47,482 nt of DNA from IMG/VR virus record IMGVR_UViG_3300044470_000442, positions 1 to 47,482 of that record, one strand, 5' to 3'. The stretch is from a virus. This document shows positions 34,497 through 43,027 of this stretch, one piece after another; within the stretch, counting starts at the first letter, position 1, and each line of letters opens with the position of its first letter. Under the pieces are notes generated by a model. It was not told the DNA's origin and made no database searches. It was given only the letters and a program-made list of their open reading frames with translations. Made by a program: the position numbers and the translations under genes.

Positions 34497-34878
34497 AAGA
34501 AGTATCGGTTTCCCAGACCTTGACGGATTCCAGTGTCACGTTTTCAATTCCTGCTTGGTCAATTTTCTTGAACAGAAGCTTTGCGATATTCTCCACGGTT
34601 GGGTTGTTTGGAAGGATTACCATTTCAGTCAATCCGTGAAGAAGGCCAACGAGAGGGTCAAAGGAATTAAGCATAATACAATGATCAAGTTCATTGATTA
34701 TAGGATTAATTTTTTCCTTTAGAACAGAGAAGTCAACAAGAAATCCCATACCATCAAGGGAGTTCCCGTTGAAAGTGACCTGAACTTTGTAATTGTGACC
34801 ATGTATGTTTTTACATGGACCTGTATAACCAAACAGGCGATGTCCGGCACAGAACTGAAACTCCTTCGTAATGATCAT
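34474..34878 (-). CDS. queD: 6-carboxy-5,6,7,8-tetrahydropterin synthase
   Basis: 134 aa. FCAGHRL...HGHNY...DH motifs typical of QueD/PTPS. Confidence 0.85.
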   Translation of the reverse strand: MIITKEFQFCAGHRLFGYTGPCKNIHGHNYKVQVTFNGNSLDGMGFLVDFSVLKEKINPIINELDHCIMLNSFDPLVGLLHGLTEMVILPNNPTVENIAKLLFKKIDQAGIENVTLESVKVWETDTSFVEVQYV

Positions 34879-35531
34879 GATATGTACTCCGTTTCGTCTT
34901 TTATTTTTGCTTCTTTGAACGCCTCTTTCCTTTCATTGCAAGCACCACACGTTCCGCAATGTTTTTCATAACCCCGATAACAAGAGTAGGTCAAGAACAT
35001 CGGCGCTTTGATGCGCTTTCCCAGTTCTACTATTCCTGTTTTGGTAAGGTCATAAAAAGGAGTCAGAAGGAGAATACGTTTTTCTGTTCCTTCCCTGATA
35101 GCATCCTCCATTGCAGTATTGAACTGTGGGCGACAGTCAGGATAGATATAGTGGTCTCCGGCGTGCGAGGCAAGGGAAACGCAGCCCATACCCATACTCT
35201 CAGCGAACCCGACAGCTATTGCAAGCATAATTCCGTTGCGAAAAGGAACAACGGTTGAGCGCATGTTTTCAGCTTGGTAATGCCCCTCTGGAATCGCATC
35301 AGATCCGGCGAGTAAAGAAGACTGGAAATGTTCCTTGATAAAATCAAGGGCGATTTCATCGAGGTGTATTCCATATTGTTTGGTAATCTTCTGTGCAGCC
35401 ATACGTTCCATCCGATTGTGATTACTCCCGTAGTAAAAATTGAGGCATGACACTTCGTTTCCTTCATCTAACAATTTCGTCAAAAGAACAGTGCTGTCAA
35501 GACCTCCCGAGTAGACGTGAAGTATTTTCAT
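34875..35531 (-). CDS. queC: 7-cyano-7-deazaguanine (preQ0) synthase
   Basis: 218 aa. PP-loop SGGLDS and the C-terminal zinc cysteines SCY...HCGTCGACNERKEAF. No glutamine amidotransferase domain is attached. Confidence 0.88.
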   Translation of the reverse strand: MKILHVYSGGLDSTVLLTKLLDEGNEVSCLNFYYGSNHNRMERMAAQKITKQYGIHLDEIALDFIKEHFQSSLLAGSDAIPEGHYQAENMRSTVVPFRNGIMLAIAVGFAESMGMGCVSLASHAGDHYIYPDCRPQFNTAMEDAIREGTEKRILLLTPFYDLTKTGIVELGKRIKAPMFLTYSCYRGYEKHCGTCGACNERKEAFKEAKIKDETEYIS

Positions 35532-36586
35532 TAGACCCTCCTTTTTTGGGACGATAAATGATCAGGATCGGCATTATTGATGTCCATCGATACGGCAAAG
35601 GCTTTTGTAACGTTTGGGAAATCCATTTCCCACATAGCACCAACGGCAGTCGTTGTTTCTAATTTCTTTGCCCATTTGATCCAAGAAACCGCGGTTATCT
35701 TTCCGATATAGCTTTCGTTGGTAACCCTGTGCCAATTTTCTTCTTTCTTGAGTTCATCAAAGTCAAAACCAAGTTCGGTTATCTCTCTGCGAAAGTTTCC
35801 AGCAAGTATATCTTCTCGCTGGCACATTCTCCACGAGTTATCGTGGAATATTTGTACGTGACCAAAACGACATCCGCCAACCCATGCCGTTGAGTCAAAA
35901 CTTGTTGGCTTGAAGTAAAGGATAAAGTCTCTATTGGCAAAACCAAGCCAGTGAACTTTTCTCCCTTTGCGAGCGTTCTGTTCAAACCATTTTACATACT
36001 TGTTAGCGTTTTGCGTTCCTGCAATTCCGCCAAGACCCACCAAGGAACTGCACTGGTAAAACCCGTCAAGCTCCTTGATGTCTTCTCCTCTGGTAAAGAT
36101 AGGAACCGGCTTGAGTCCTTTCTTGAGCATTTTTTCAAGATTAATCTTTGTTACCTTTGGGTCACCAATTTTATCGAGCATAAAATAACGCTCAATAGGA
36201 ACAGGAGGGCTTTTTACAAAGGCACAGTATTCCTCAAAATTGACTTCCTTGCCCTGCTTATACGCGGTGAAGGCCCCGGAGTCCAGGTAGAGACGATAAC
36301 TTCCTTCCCATTTTTTGAGGGCCTTAACAATATTTTCGTTCCAATAGGCATACGAGATAAGAATAGGAACTTTCCACGGCGCTACCTTGGAACGAGCAGC
36401 AGCAGCAGCAGCAGAGACACTGTTTGGCAAGTCCTTGCCTTCGTACCCTATTACTGTAGCACCAATACTTCCGAGGCGCTGGAGATGCTCTGCTGCTGCT
36501 GCTGCATTAGGTATAGAGTTGGGGTCACCGGTTTGTCCGGATTTTATGACACTCATACCGATTGTAGTTGTCTTTCTTGTTATCAT
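35531..36586 (-). CDS. dpdA: DpdA-type DNA-guanine transglycosylase (TGT-like) with an unusual Ala-tract N-terminal extension
   Basis: 351 aa. YLDSGAF and a TGT-like core, located directly upstream of queC (TAATG overlap). The first roughly 75 aa (two AAAAA(A) tracts) are not typical of the family. Alternative start at M11 (36556). Confidence 0.75.
   Translation of the reverse strand: MITRKTTTIGMSVIKSGQTGDPNSIPNAAAAAEHLQRLGSIGATVIGYEGKDLPNSVSAAAAAARSKVAPWKVPILISYAYWNENIVKALKKWEGSYRLYLDSGAFTAYKQGKEVNFEEYCAFVKSPPVPIERYFMLDKIGDPKVTKINLEKMLKKGLKPVPIFTRGEDIKELDGFYQCSSLVGLGGIAGTQNANKYVKWFEQNARKGRKVHWLGFANRDFILYFKPTSFDSTAWVGGCRFGHVQIFHDNSWRMCQREDILAGNFRREITELGFDFDELKKEENWHRVTNESYIGKITAVSWIKWAKKLETTTAVGAMWEMDFPNVTKAFAVSMDINNADPDHLSSQKRRV
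36399..36505. repeat. 18-bp perfect inverted repeat built from triplet repeats, (GCA)5GAG / CTC(TGC)5, inside the 5' part of dpdA
   Basis: Arms at 36399..36416 and 36488..36505 with a 71-nt spacer. On the coding (minus) strand both arms encode Ala tracts. Confidence 0.9.
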
Positions 36587-37164
36587 TTTACCTCAAGTCC
36601 TTTCAAGCCAGTTACGTCTATCCAGCTTTGGAGCAATTCTTTCACCTCTTCCTTTTTGGCAGCGTCAAGAACTATGACTATTATCTTGTCCTTAAGTCCT
36701 GAGTTCTCGGCATTTATTTTTCCGATTTTATTCAAATCGGGTAACATGGCAATTCCACGGTATTCGTCTTCGGTGAAGCCTGACCACTCGCGGACATTCT
36801 TTTGCTCAAAGAATTTAAGAAGCAAGGAATCGTCCCACTGTGCCCACTCGCTGCTTTTATTGTCCGCAATACCGTAGGCAATAGCGGCCTGTTCGCTGGG
36901 GAAATTAACGAACAGAACCTTGACAGATTTCCACCCGAGTTTCTTTGCTGCTTTCCAAGTCGTGTTACCTTTGTAGATAACCTTGTTCTTTTTCCATACT
37001 ACTATGGGCGTGACCTGTCCGCGCGTCTGCAGAACTTCAGCAAGCTTTCCAACAGACCCGTCGTTCTTTCTGGGATTTTCTTTCCACAGAAAAACTGAGT
37101 CAATAGGAACATTTTCAATCGCTTCGTTCAACAGAACCTTGGTTTCTTCCTTCTTCGTAATCAC
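36583..37164 (-). CDS. ParB N-terminal (ParB/Srx) domain protein, DpdB-like partner candidate of DpdA
   Basis: 193 aa. The LWKENPRKND motif (ParB-box-like NPR) and the GNTTWKAAKKLGW helix are present. The stop overlaps the dpdA start (ATGA) and the start overlaps the primase stop. Confidence 0.65.
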   Translation of the reverse strand: MITKKEETKVLLNEAIENVPIDSVFLWKENPRKNDGSVGKLAEVLQTRGQVTPIVVWKKNKVIYKGNTTWKAAKKLGWKSVKVLFVNFPSEQAAIAYGIADNKSSEWAQWDDSLLLKFFEQKNVREWSGFTEDEYRGIAMLPDLNKIGKINAENSGLKDKIIVIVLDAAKKEEVKELLQSWIDVTGLKGLEVK

Positions 37165-39221
37165 AAAACCTCCTTATACATATTACAGTTTTTTATTATT
37201 TCTAAAATGTCCTTTTTTATCATCCAGAACGGTTTGTCATCCTCTCGTGTTTTGTCCAACGCCCCGAGCATCATAAGATTTTCGAGAATGATTTCCGTCG
37301 TTGGTCGGGGTAGGTGCACGTCATTCGTGATCTCAAATATGCCGTGGTGGTCCTGCATATATATTGCTTTAAGGACATCACCGTAACGGGACTGTATACT
37401 CGCATTGGCAACGTGTACAAGAATACGTATGATTGAATCGTCAACCTCTTTCATCCCTTTAAACGTAGCAATACCCTGGGCAAGCTTATATAATTGCTTA
37501 AGTAGACGCGTACCGAGTTCAGAGAAGGGACGGTACAGAACATCTCTTCTGAACTTATCTCGCGTAACGTTTCCCCTAAGCATAGCGATCCATTGCGCAA
37601 TCTGTATTATTTTTTCCTCATACTTCACAGGAACTGTAGCCCACTGATCCGTGTAATTGGCCATGAGGATTTTCTTTCCCATAGAATTGAGTTCAGCCCT
37701 GATCTCGGGTTCCTTCCCTATATTTCCCATTGCTTTGCGTATATAGACCTCCCGTGATTTCATTGCTCGGGGTATTCGGTGTTCCCACCTAAGGAAGCGT
37801 TCTCCCAGCGATGCGTGTTCCTCGATGACTTGTTCAATGATAGGGGTGACTGCGGCAATTATACCGAACTTGCTTTTGTAATTCCTTTTTATTCCATTAC
37901 CAAAAGGCTTTGAACACTCTCCGTCATAGGCGTCCCGGAGTATTGAAAATATTTCGTTACATTCCGCGCTCGGTAAGCCAAGGATTGAGGTGAAGTCCTT
38001 TATAAGGACAACCTTTCCATCCCATTGCGGTATCAAAGAAGGGTCCGCGATCATGGTTGATGACGATGAACCACTAATAAGGGTGTGAGGAGTCAGGGAT
38101 GAAAGAGTTTCTATTTTAGGGCAATTGGTGCAAGACATGATAACTTCTGACTTGGTACCACCTGGCGGCGATATAAGAAACAACCAAACGGGGTCGCCCG
38201 GTATTCTATTGGCTAATACCGTTCCATAGACAACGTCGATTATTTCCATGCTCGGAAGGTGCAAGTATTTTCTGAACGTTTCGTAGACTTCGTCAATTGG
38301 TACCCTATCCCCTTTTATGAAATCGTCCGAAACGGGAGTAACCGGAGATTGTGTCGTATCATAAATTGAAAAAATACTTTTCAGATATTTTAAGGTAGCG
38401 GCTGCTTTCTTTTCCTTTTTGTGCACGTCTCTGACATCGTATTTATCCGGTGTACCTTTTGGCCATTTGATAAACCATGTTTTAGACGCCACCCCAGCAA
38501 CTAATTTTGCAACCTTCTTATTTGCATTTACTCCGGCAAGATCATTGTCATAGCAAAGAAACACTTCTTTTCCTACAAGAAGAGGTAGGACCTCAGGACG
38601 AAAAGTTCCTGCACCAGGAACTCCCACTACGATAGATTTTTTGTCTTTTACAGCCTCAAGACATTCGATAAGAACCATCGAATCCCACTCTCCCTCGGCA
38701 ACATAAACGGTGTCATAGTCTTTTATATTATTTGGTATTTTCCACAAACCATACATCGTTGAGGGGCACCCTGCCGTATTGTGAAAAATGGTACCGTTGT
38801 ACAACTTGATGTTAAGAATATTTTTTCCATCGCTGGAAAAAACAGGAACTATATACAAATCGGTACTCGGAAGATACCCTACTTTCAGAGAGCGTAAGGT
38901 CGTTTCAGAAATACACCGGTTATCGGATAGCTTTTTGGAAACCACTCCGTTAAAGTTTTCTTGACCGAAATCAATTATTTGTTCTAAAAATCCCTTATAC
39001 CCTCCGCTCCTTCCACATGATTTACAATCCCAAACCTTGTTGGGATGTTCGACGTTAATAAAAAAGTGTTTATCTTTTCCGCAAAAAGGGCAGCGACCTA
39101 TTATTTGGTCACCGCTTGATCCCTGGTCACGGAACCCGTACTGTACGAACATTGTCAACGGATTTCTCTGCGTCACTGCTGGCATTGCTTTGACCCTCCA
39201 ATGACTTGCCAATGTATTCAA
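37161..39221 (-). CDS. DNA primase (zinc finger + TOPRIM) fused to a C-terminal NTPase/helicase-like domain
   Basis: 686 aa. Zinc finger CPFCGKDKHFF...CKSCGRSGG, TOPRIM VYVAEGEWDSM...FLCYDNDLAG, and the P-loop-like ISPPGGTKSE. The start is uncertain, with alternatives at 39185 and 39152. Confidence 0.8.
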   Translation of the reverse strand: MNTLASHWRVKAMPAVTQRNPLTMFVQYGFRDQGSSGDQIIGRCPFCGKDKHFFINVEHPNKVWDCKSCGRSGGYKGFLEQIIDFGQENFNGVVSKKLSDNRCISETTLRSLKVGYLPSTDLYIVPVFSSDGKNILNIKLYNGTIFHNTAGCPSTMYGLWKIPNNIKDYDTVYVAEGEWDSMVLIECLEAVKDKKSIVVGVPGAGTFRPEVLPLLVGKEVFLCYDNDLAGVNANKKVAKLVAGVASKTWFIKWPKGTPDKYDVRDVHKKEKKAAATLKYLKSIFSIYDTTQSPVTPVSDDFIKGDRVPIDEVYETFRKYLHLPSMEIIDVVYGTVLANRIPGDPVWLFLISPPGGTKSEVIMSCTNCPKIETLSSLTPHTLISGSSSSTMIADPSLIPQWDGKVVLIKDFTSILGLPSAECNEIFSILRDAYDGECSKPFGNGIKRNYKSKFGIIAAVTPIIEQVIEEHASLGERFLRWEHRIPRAMKSREVYIRKAMGNIGKEPEIRAELNSMGKKILMANYTDQWATVPVKYEEKIIQIAQWIAMLRGNVTRDKFRRDVLYRPFSELGTRLLKQLYKLAQGIATFKGMKEVDDSIIRILVHVANASIQSRYGDVLKAIYMQDHHGIFEITNDVHLPRPTTEIILENLMMLGALDKTREDDKPFWMIKKDILEIIKNCNMYKEVL

Positions 39222-39357
39222 ATATTACACGTAATTCAGTTTTGGTAAAGTATCCTTCGGTACCACCCTCTTCCACGGGTATGTGCAAAAGGGAGCAGAT
39301 ACACTTATGATAATCAACACGACCCTTTCGGGTCTTTTTATTTTTTCGTTTCTTCAT
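39127..39357 (-). CDS. possible small basic protein (76 aa)
   Basis: Bridges the polymerase stop and the primase start, overlapping both. Its reality depends on which primase start is used. Confidence 0.35.
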   Translation of the reverse strand: MKKRKNKKTRKGRVDYHKCICSLLHIPVEEGGTEGYFTKTELRVIFEYIGKSLEGQSNASSDAEKSVDNVRTVRVP

Positions 39358-41128
39358 ATTGATACTCCTTGGCTCTATCCCAAGTGGTCGTAGTCATCTC
39401 AACATCCACTTTGAGTGGTATTGTAATCTCAGGCATATCGGTCATAAGAAAAATTATGTTCTTGACGATAGCTTCTCGGTCCCAAAGAAGATCTCTTGGA
39501 TATTCGATAAGAAATTGGTCATGGACTGTTAACAATATTCTTATTTTATCGTTGAACTCTTCCATCAACCAACGATCAAGCCTTACCTGGGCGCGCTTTA
39601 AAACCCCTGCAGCACTTCCTTGTATTTTATAGTCTGTTGCTATGTAAGGCTTTCTTGTATCCGTCCAAAGCTTTCTCCCAAAGAAAGTTTTTATCCATCC
39701 GTGTTCTTTTGCGAAGGTTGTGCATTCGTCCATAAAAGCATACAGTTCCGGGAACTCCTCTTTGTCACGCTCTATCCCAACGAGAGTTTCTTCCAGCGGA
39801 AGGCCAACTCCTTTTGAAACGGTTGCCGGACCTGCACCGTAGAACATCGGAAAGCGGGCGCCGTTCTTTGCCTTATTCCTGAGAAGTTTCTTCGTATCCT
39901 TGTCGGCGTTCCTGAAACGATCACCATAAAACGATTCTGCCATTGCGGCATGAAAATCGAAGTCATTGATAACCATTTTCGTAAGGCGTTCGGAACCTGA
40001 TCCCATAACCCCGAGAACCATCTCAATTGCCTTATAATCAAAGGAAAGAATTATGCTCCCGGGTCTCACTCTAAAACACCGTCTCGCTGGAATAGGGTAG
40101 CGGCTTCGGAACGAAACATCCTTGGAAACGTTTTGCATGTTCGGGTCTGAACTGGTTTCTCTTCCAGTGGCTGCTCCATTAGTATTGATGTTAGGGTGAA
40201 GTATTCCTTTCTCGTCCATCTTTTCAAGATAGGACGAAACCATTGCAATACCTTTTTCATAAGACCTAAGTTTTAGAATAGCATCAAGAACAGGGTGTTT
40301 GCTTAATATGGCAAGGTTTTCGATTGCCTCCTTATCCGTCGTTATTTTGTTCCTCTTTTTTTCCTTGTCAAATTTGTACTGTATTGGTAACTTATATTCA
40401 TCATATAAAAGGTGTGTCAATTGCTTAGGGCTTGAAACCTTTATCGGTCTTCCTACAATTTTTCGTATTGAAACCTGGGCGTCTTCTTTCTCGTTTGCCA
40501 TCCACGTGAGCATCTTCCCTGCTTCTTTTTGGTCAACCATAATACCGGTTCGTTCCATATGAGCTGTAGCTTTTATCAATTCTATTTCATTAAGGTAATC
40601 ACTAAAAAGGTATTCGTCCCTTTTTACTTGTGGATAAAGTGCACCGAAGAGAAGTGCTGTCCGTTCAACGTCAGCGTGCTGATAAGGGTGTAATACAGAC
40701 TTAGGTATTTTTGAATAGTCTTTGTTATAAATTGACCGGGCTTTATCAACTGCTTTGTCCAACTTATCCCACCTATCAGCATCTTCCATGGTACAAAATT
40801 GTTTTACAGCAAGGTCAAGACCGTGCCGGTCCAGATTAAAAAGAAGCTGGTGCAAAATCATGGTATCGTGTAGGGGTCCGCTGGGAATAATTCCGAGCTG
40901 CAAAGAATGGTGGTACTCGAACTTTAAATTGTGTGCAACCTTCGCAACATCTTCTCTGTACCAAAGTTCTTTCAAAAGAGATATGCTTTCTGGTAATTCA
41001 AATACATAAGAATCACCATCATCACAGAAGGCCATAGAAAAGGTAAACGGCCGGGAACCGTGAAAAACGGTTCCCGGAGTCGTTTCATAGTCGATGGCGA
41101 CTATGTCCCCTTTACGAAAAGGGCGCAC
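39338..41128 (-). CDS. family A DNA polymerase with 3'-5' exonuclease domain
   Basis: 596 aa with a GTG start. Exo motifs VAIDYETT, NLKFEY and HPYQHADVERT. Polymerase motif A SFDYKAIEMV, motif B RNKAKNGARFPMFYGAG, and motif C LTVHDQFLIE. Confidence 0.9.
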   Translation of the reverse strand: MRPFRKGDIVAIDYETTPGTVFHGSRPFTFSMAFCDDGDSYVFELPESISLLKELWYREDVAKVAHNLKFEYHHSLQLGIIPSGPLHDTMILHQLLFNLDRHGLDLAVKQFCTMEDADRWDKLDKAVDKARSIYNKDYSKIPKSVLHPYQHADVERTALLFGALYPQVKRDEYLFSDYLNEIELIKATAHMERTGIMVDQKEAGKMLTWMANEKEDAQVSIRKIVGRPIKVSSPKQLTHLLYDEYKLPIQYKFDKEKKRNKITTDKEAIENLAILSKHPVLDAILKLRSYEKGIAMVSSYLEKMDEKGILHPNINTNGAATGRETSSDPNMQNVSKDVSFRSRYPIPARRCFRVRPGSIILSFDYKAIEMVLGVMGSGSERLTKMVINDFDFHAAMAESFYGDRFRNADKDTKKLLRNKAKNGARFPMFYGAGPATVSKGVGLPLEETLVGIERDKEEFPELYAFMDECTTFAKEHGWIKTFFGRKLWTDTRKPYIATDYKIQGSAAGVLKRAQVRLDRWLMEEFNDKIRILLTVHDQFLIEYPRDLLWDREAIVKNIIFLMTDMPEITIPLKVDVEMTTTTWDRAKEYQYEETKK

Positions 41129-41129
41129 T

Positions 41130-41993
41130 TTATTTCTTGCCCTTTTTTACCAGAACGGCTTTCTTGACCGGAGCAGGAGCCGGCGTTGCCTTAGCAACCT
41201 GTTTTTTGATTGCCTGGTTGACATCCCGGGTCGTTGCCACCGGTTTTTTAACCGCAGCGGTTTTCCACTGAATCATTCCAGCGCCTCCTGCAGCTGTCAA
41301 CATGTCTACCTCTTCCTGGGTGAGGGTTGGCCCGAGGAACGTGAGCTGCCCCTCTACCATACCGTCGATGATTTCCTTTGTGCCCATGTCCTCAGAAACT
41401 CCGTCAAGGCCTTGTGATGCGCAGAAATCAAGGAGGGCAGCGTGAAGGGTTTCAGGGTCGTTTCCGACAGGAGTTTCCTGATCCTCCGTTTTGTCGGATT
41501 CTGCTGTTTCTTCGCCCTGGGATTCCTCTTCTGTCTGTTCGGGCACCTCGTGGACTTCCCGAATATAGACACGTGTATTGTCGTATTTCTTGCCGTTCGT
41601 TTCGCTTTGCGATGTCTTGGTCCTGATAGTGATTGAAGGAGCGCGCTCCGTGATGTTCTCGACGATCGCTTCCAGGTTCTCGAATTGATCCGGTTCGGGC
41701 CACTGATAGCCGAGTTCCTCGACACGCTGGCGGCAAATTTGCATACCGACCTTGTTGTCTTCGATGATCGTCCGGTCGTATACCTGGCGCCCTTCGAGTT
41801 CTCCTTCGGCAATAACAAATATCCACGTGACCTGCAGGCGCGCGGGAGCCTTCTTTGTCTCGTCAAGGGTGCACTTGACCTTGGCGAGGTAATCGTCGTC
41901 AGGAATAGGTGCAAAGTTTCCGCCTGGGCTGTAATCACTGTTTGCTTCGTCGACCTGCTGACCCATGCTCGCGAGTCTTTCTTTAAAAGACAT
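41130..41993 (-). CDS. DUF669-like putative ssDNA-binding protein
   Basis: ATG at 41993 with GGAGG 7 nt upstream. The N-terminal GGNFAPIPDDDYLAKV...WIFVIAEGE pattern and the position next to an AAA_24 ATPase fit the usual DUF669 context. It has an acidic then Lys-rich tail. Confidence 0.55.
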   Translation of the reverse strand: MSFKERLASMGQQVDEANSDYSPGGNFAPIPDDDYLAKVKCTLDETKKAPARLQVTWIFVIAEGELEGRQVYDRTIIEDNKVGMQICRQRVEELGYQWPEPDQFENLEAIVENITERAPSITIRTKTSQSETNGKKYDNTRVYIREVHEVPEQTEEESQGEETAESDKTEDQETPVGNDPETLHAALLDFCASQGLDGVSEDMGTKEIIDGMVEGQLTFLGPTLTQEEVDMLTAAGGAGMIQWKTAAVKKPVATTRDVNQAIKKQVAKATPAPAPVKKAVLVKKGKK

Positions 41994-42061
41994 GATCTTT
42001 TCCTCCTGAAAAATGTGACGTAACATGACTGGGAACTATTGAGCGGTTCCCGTTCGCTTAA

Positions 42062-43024
42062 TCAAGCTTTTTTCTGTCTCAATTTTTTGTGGACGCTTAC
42101 CTTGATCAAGTCCTCCGAAAACTGCTGACTTTCCTTTTCGTACGTTTCCTTCTGCTCATTTCGGAAAGCCTTAGCAAGGCGGTCGTACCCTTCTTTGGCG
42201 CTTTTTCCCATTGGTACGGCGTGGACTTGTTCGCCCGAAGTAGTGATAAAGTGATTGTCTGCCGCCACTGCTGTTCCGGCCATTGCGTAGTCAGACCCTT
42301 TTATAAGCAGAAACCTCTCGCTGTTCCTGAAATGGTACCAACATACATTGTCAATAATCGCCCGGTAATAGGAATCCGCGGCCTTTGCAAGATTTGGTAC
42401 AACTGAATCAAATTTGCTTCCTGAGCGCGTGATACTTTCTTTGAGCGATTCATGGCACAGAACAATCAAACCCATGCCCAGGGCAGAGGCCTCGTTATGG
42501 AAAGAACGAAACTCGAGTTCGATTTTTTTCCAATCCTTGCCAAAGTTTTCTTCCCTTGGGTATTCTATGTTCTGATCCTCGCAAACGAAATTGAAACACT
42601 TCTGGTACGCCTCGAACCCGGTGTCAATGACGATGGTCTTGAATGTGTGTTTCGTCGTCTTGAGGAGTTTGAGGTATCCCTTGGCATCTTCCCAGCGATT
42701 GCAAGGAACCTGGTAAGTCCTGAGGGCCTTTCCTCCGGGCTCAAACTGAAAGAATATCGCGTTCTCGAACTGGGCTGCTAAAGACGTTTTACCGATTTTC
42801 TTTGTCCCGTAGATTAACCAGCTATACGCTCCCATTTCCTCGCTTGGAATATTTGGTGACATAGGTAGGCTTAAAGGAGTTCCTGTTGGTACCCCTGCCT
42901 TTTTGATTAGTGCCAGTTTTTTTACTGGTTCCTGTTTTCGTACAATTGCCATTTCCTCCATCCTTTCTAAATATGCCTCATACAGTGCTGCTCCTGCTTC
43001 CATGTCGTCAGTAGTATCGCTCAT
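42062..43024 (-). CDS. AAA_24 / Sak4-like RecA-fold ATPase
   Basis: 320 aa. Walker A LIYGTKKIGKTS and Walker B-like TIVIDTG. It sits in the canonical neighbourhood of DUF669 and Pol A. Confidence 0.7.
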   Translation of the reverse strand: MSDTTDDMEAGAALYEAYLERMEEMAIVRKQEPVKKLALIKKAGVPTGTPLSLPMSPNIPSEEMGAYSWLIYGTKKIGKTSLAAQFENAIFFQFEPGGKALRTYQVPCNRWEDAKGYLKLLKTTKHTFKTIVIDTGFEAYQKCFNFVCEDQNIEYPREENFGKDWKKIELEFRSFHNEASALGMGLIVLCHESLKESITRSGSKFDSVVPNLAKAADSYYRAIIDNVCWYHFRNSERFLLIKGSDYAMAGTAVAADNHFITTSGEQVHAVPMGKSAKEGYDRLAKAFRNEQKETYEKESQQFSEDLIKVSVHKKLRQKKA

Positions 43025-43027
43025 AGG

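Noticed and set aside
32992-36586. Calling the DNA modification as dG+ (archaeosine), dADG or dPreQ1
   Set aside because: No Gat-QueC fusion, ArcS, QueF/QueF-L or DpdC-like gene is recognisable. Only the preQ0 end-point is supported by the genes seen, and any further tailoring is hypothesis only.
35951-36877. 308-aa plus-strand ORF spanning dpdA and the ParB-like gene
   Set aside because: It is antisense to two motif-supported, translationally coupled genes. The translation has no recognisable motifs. The long open frame is probably a by-product of codon bias.
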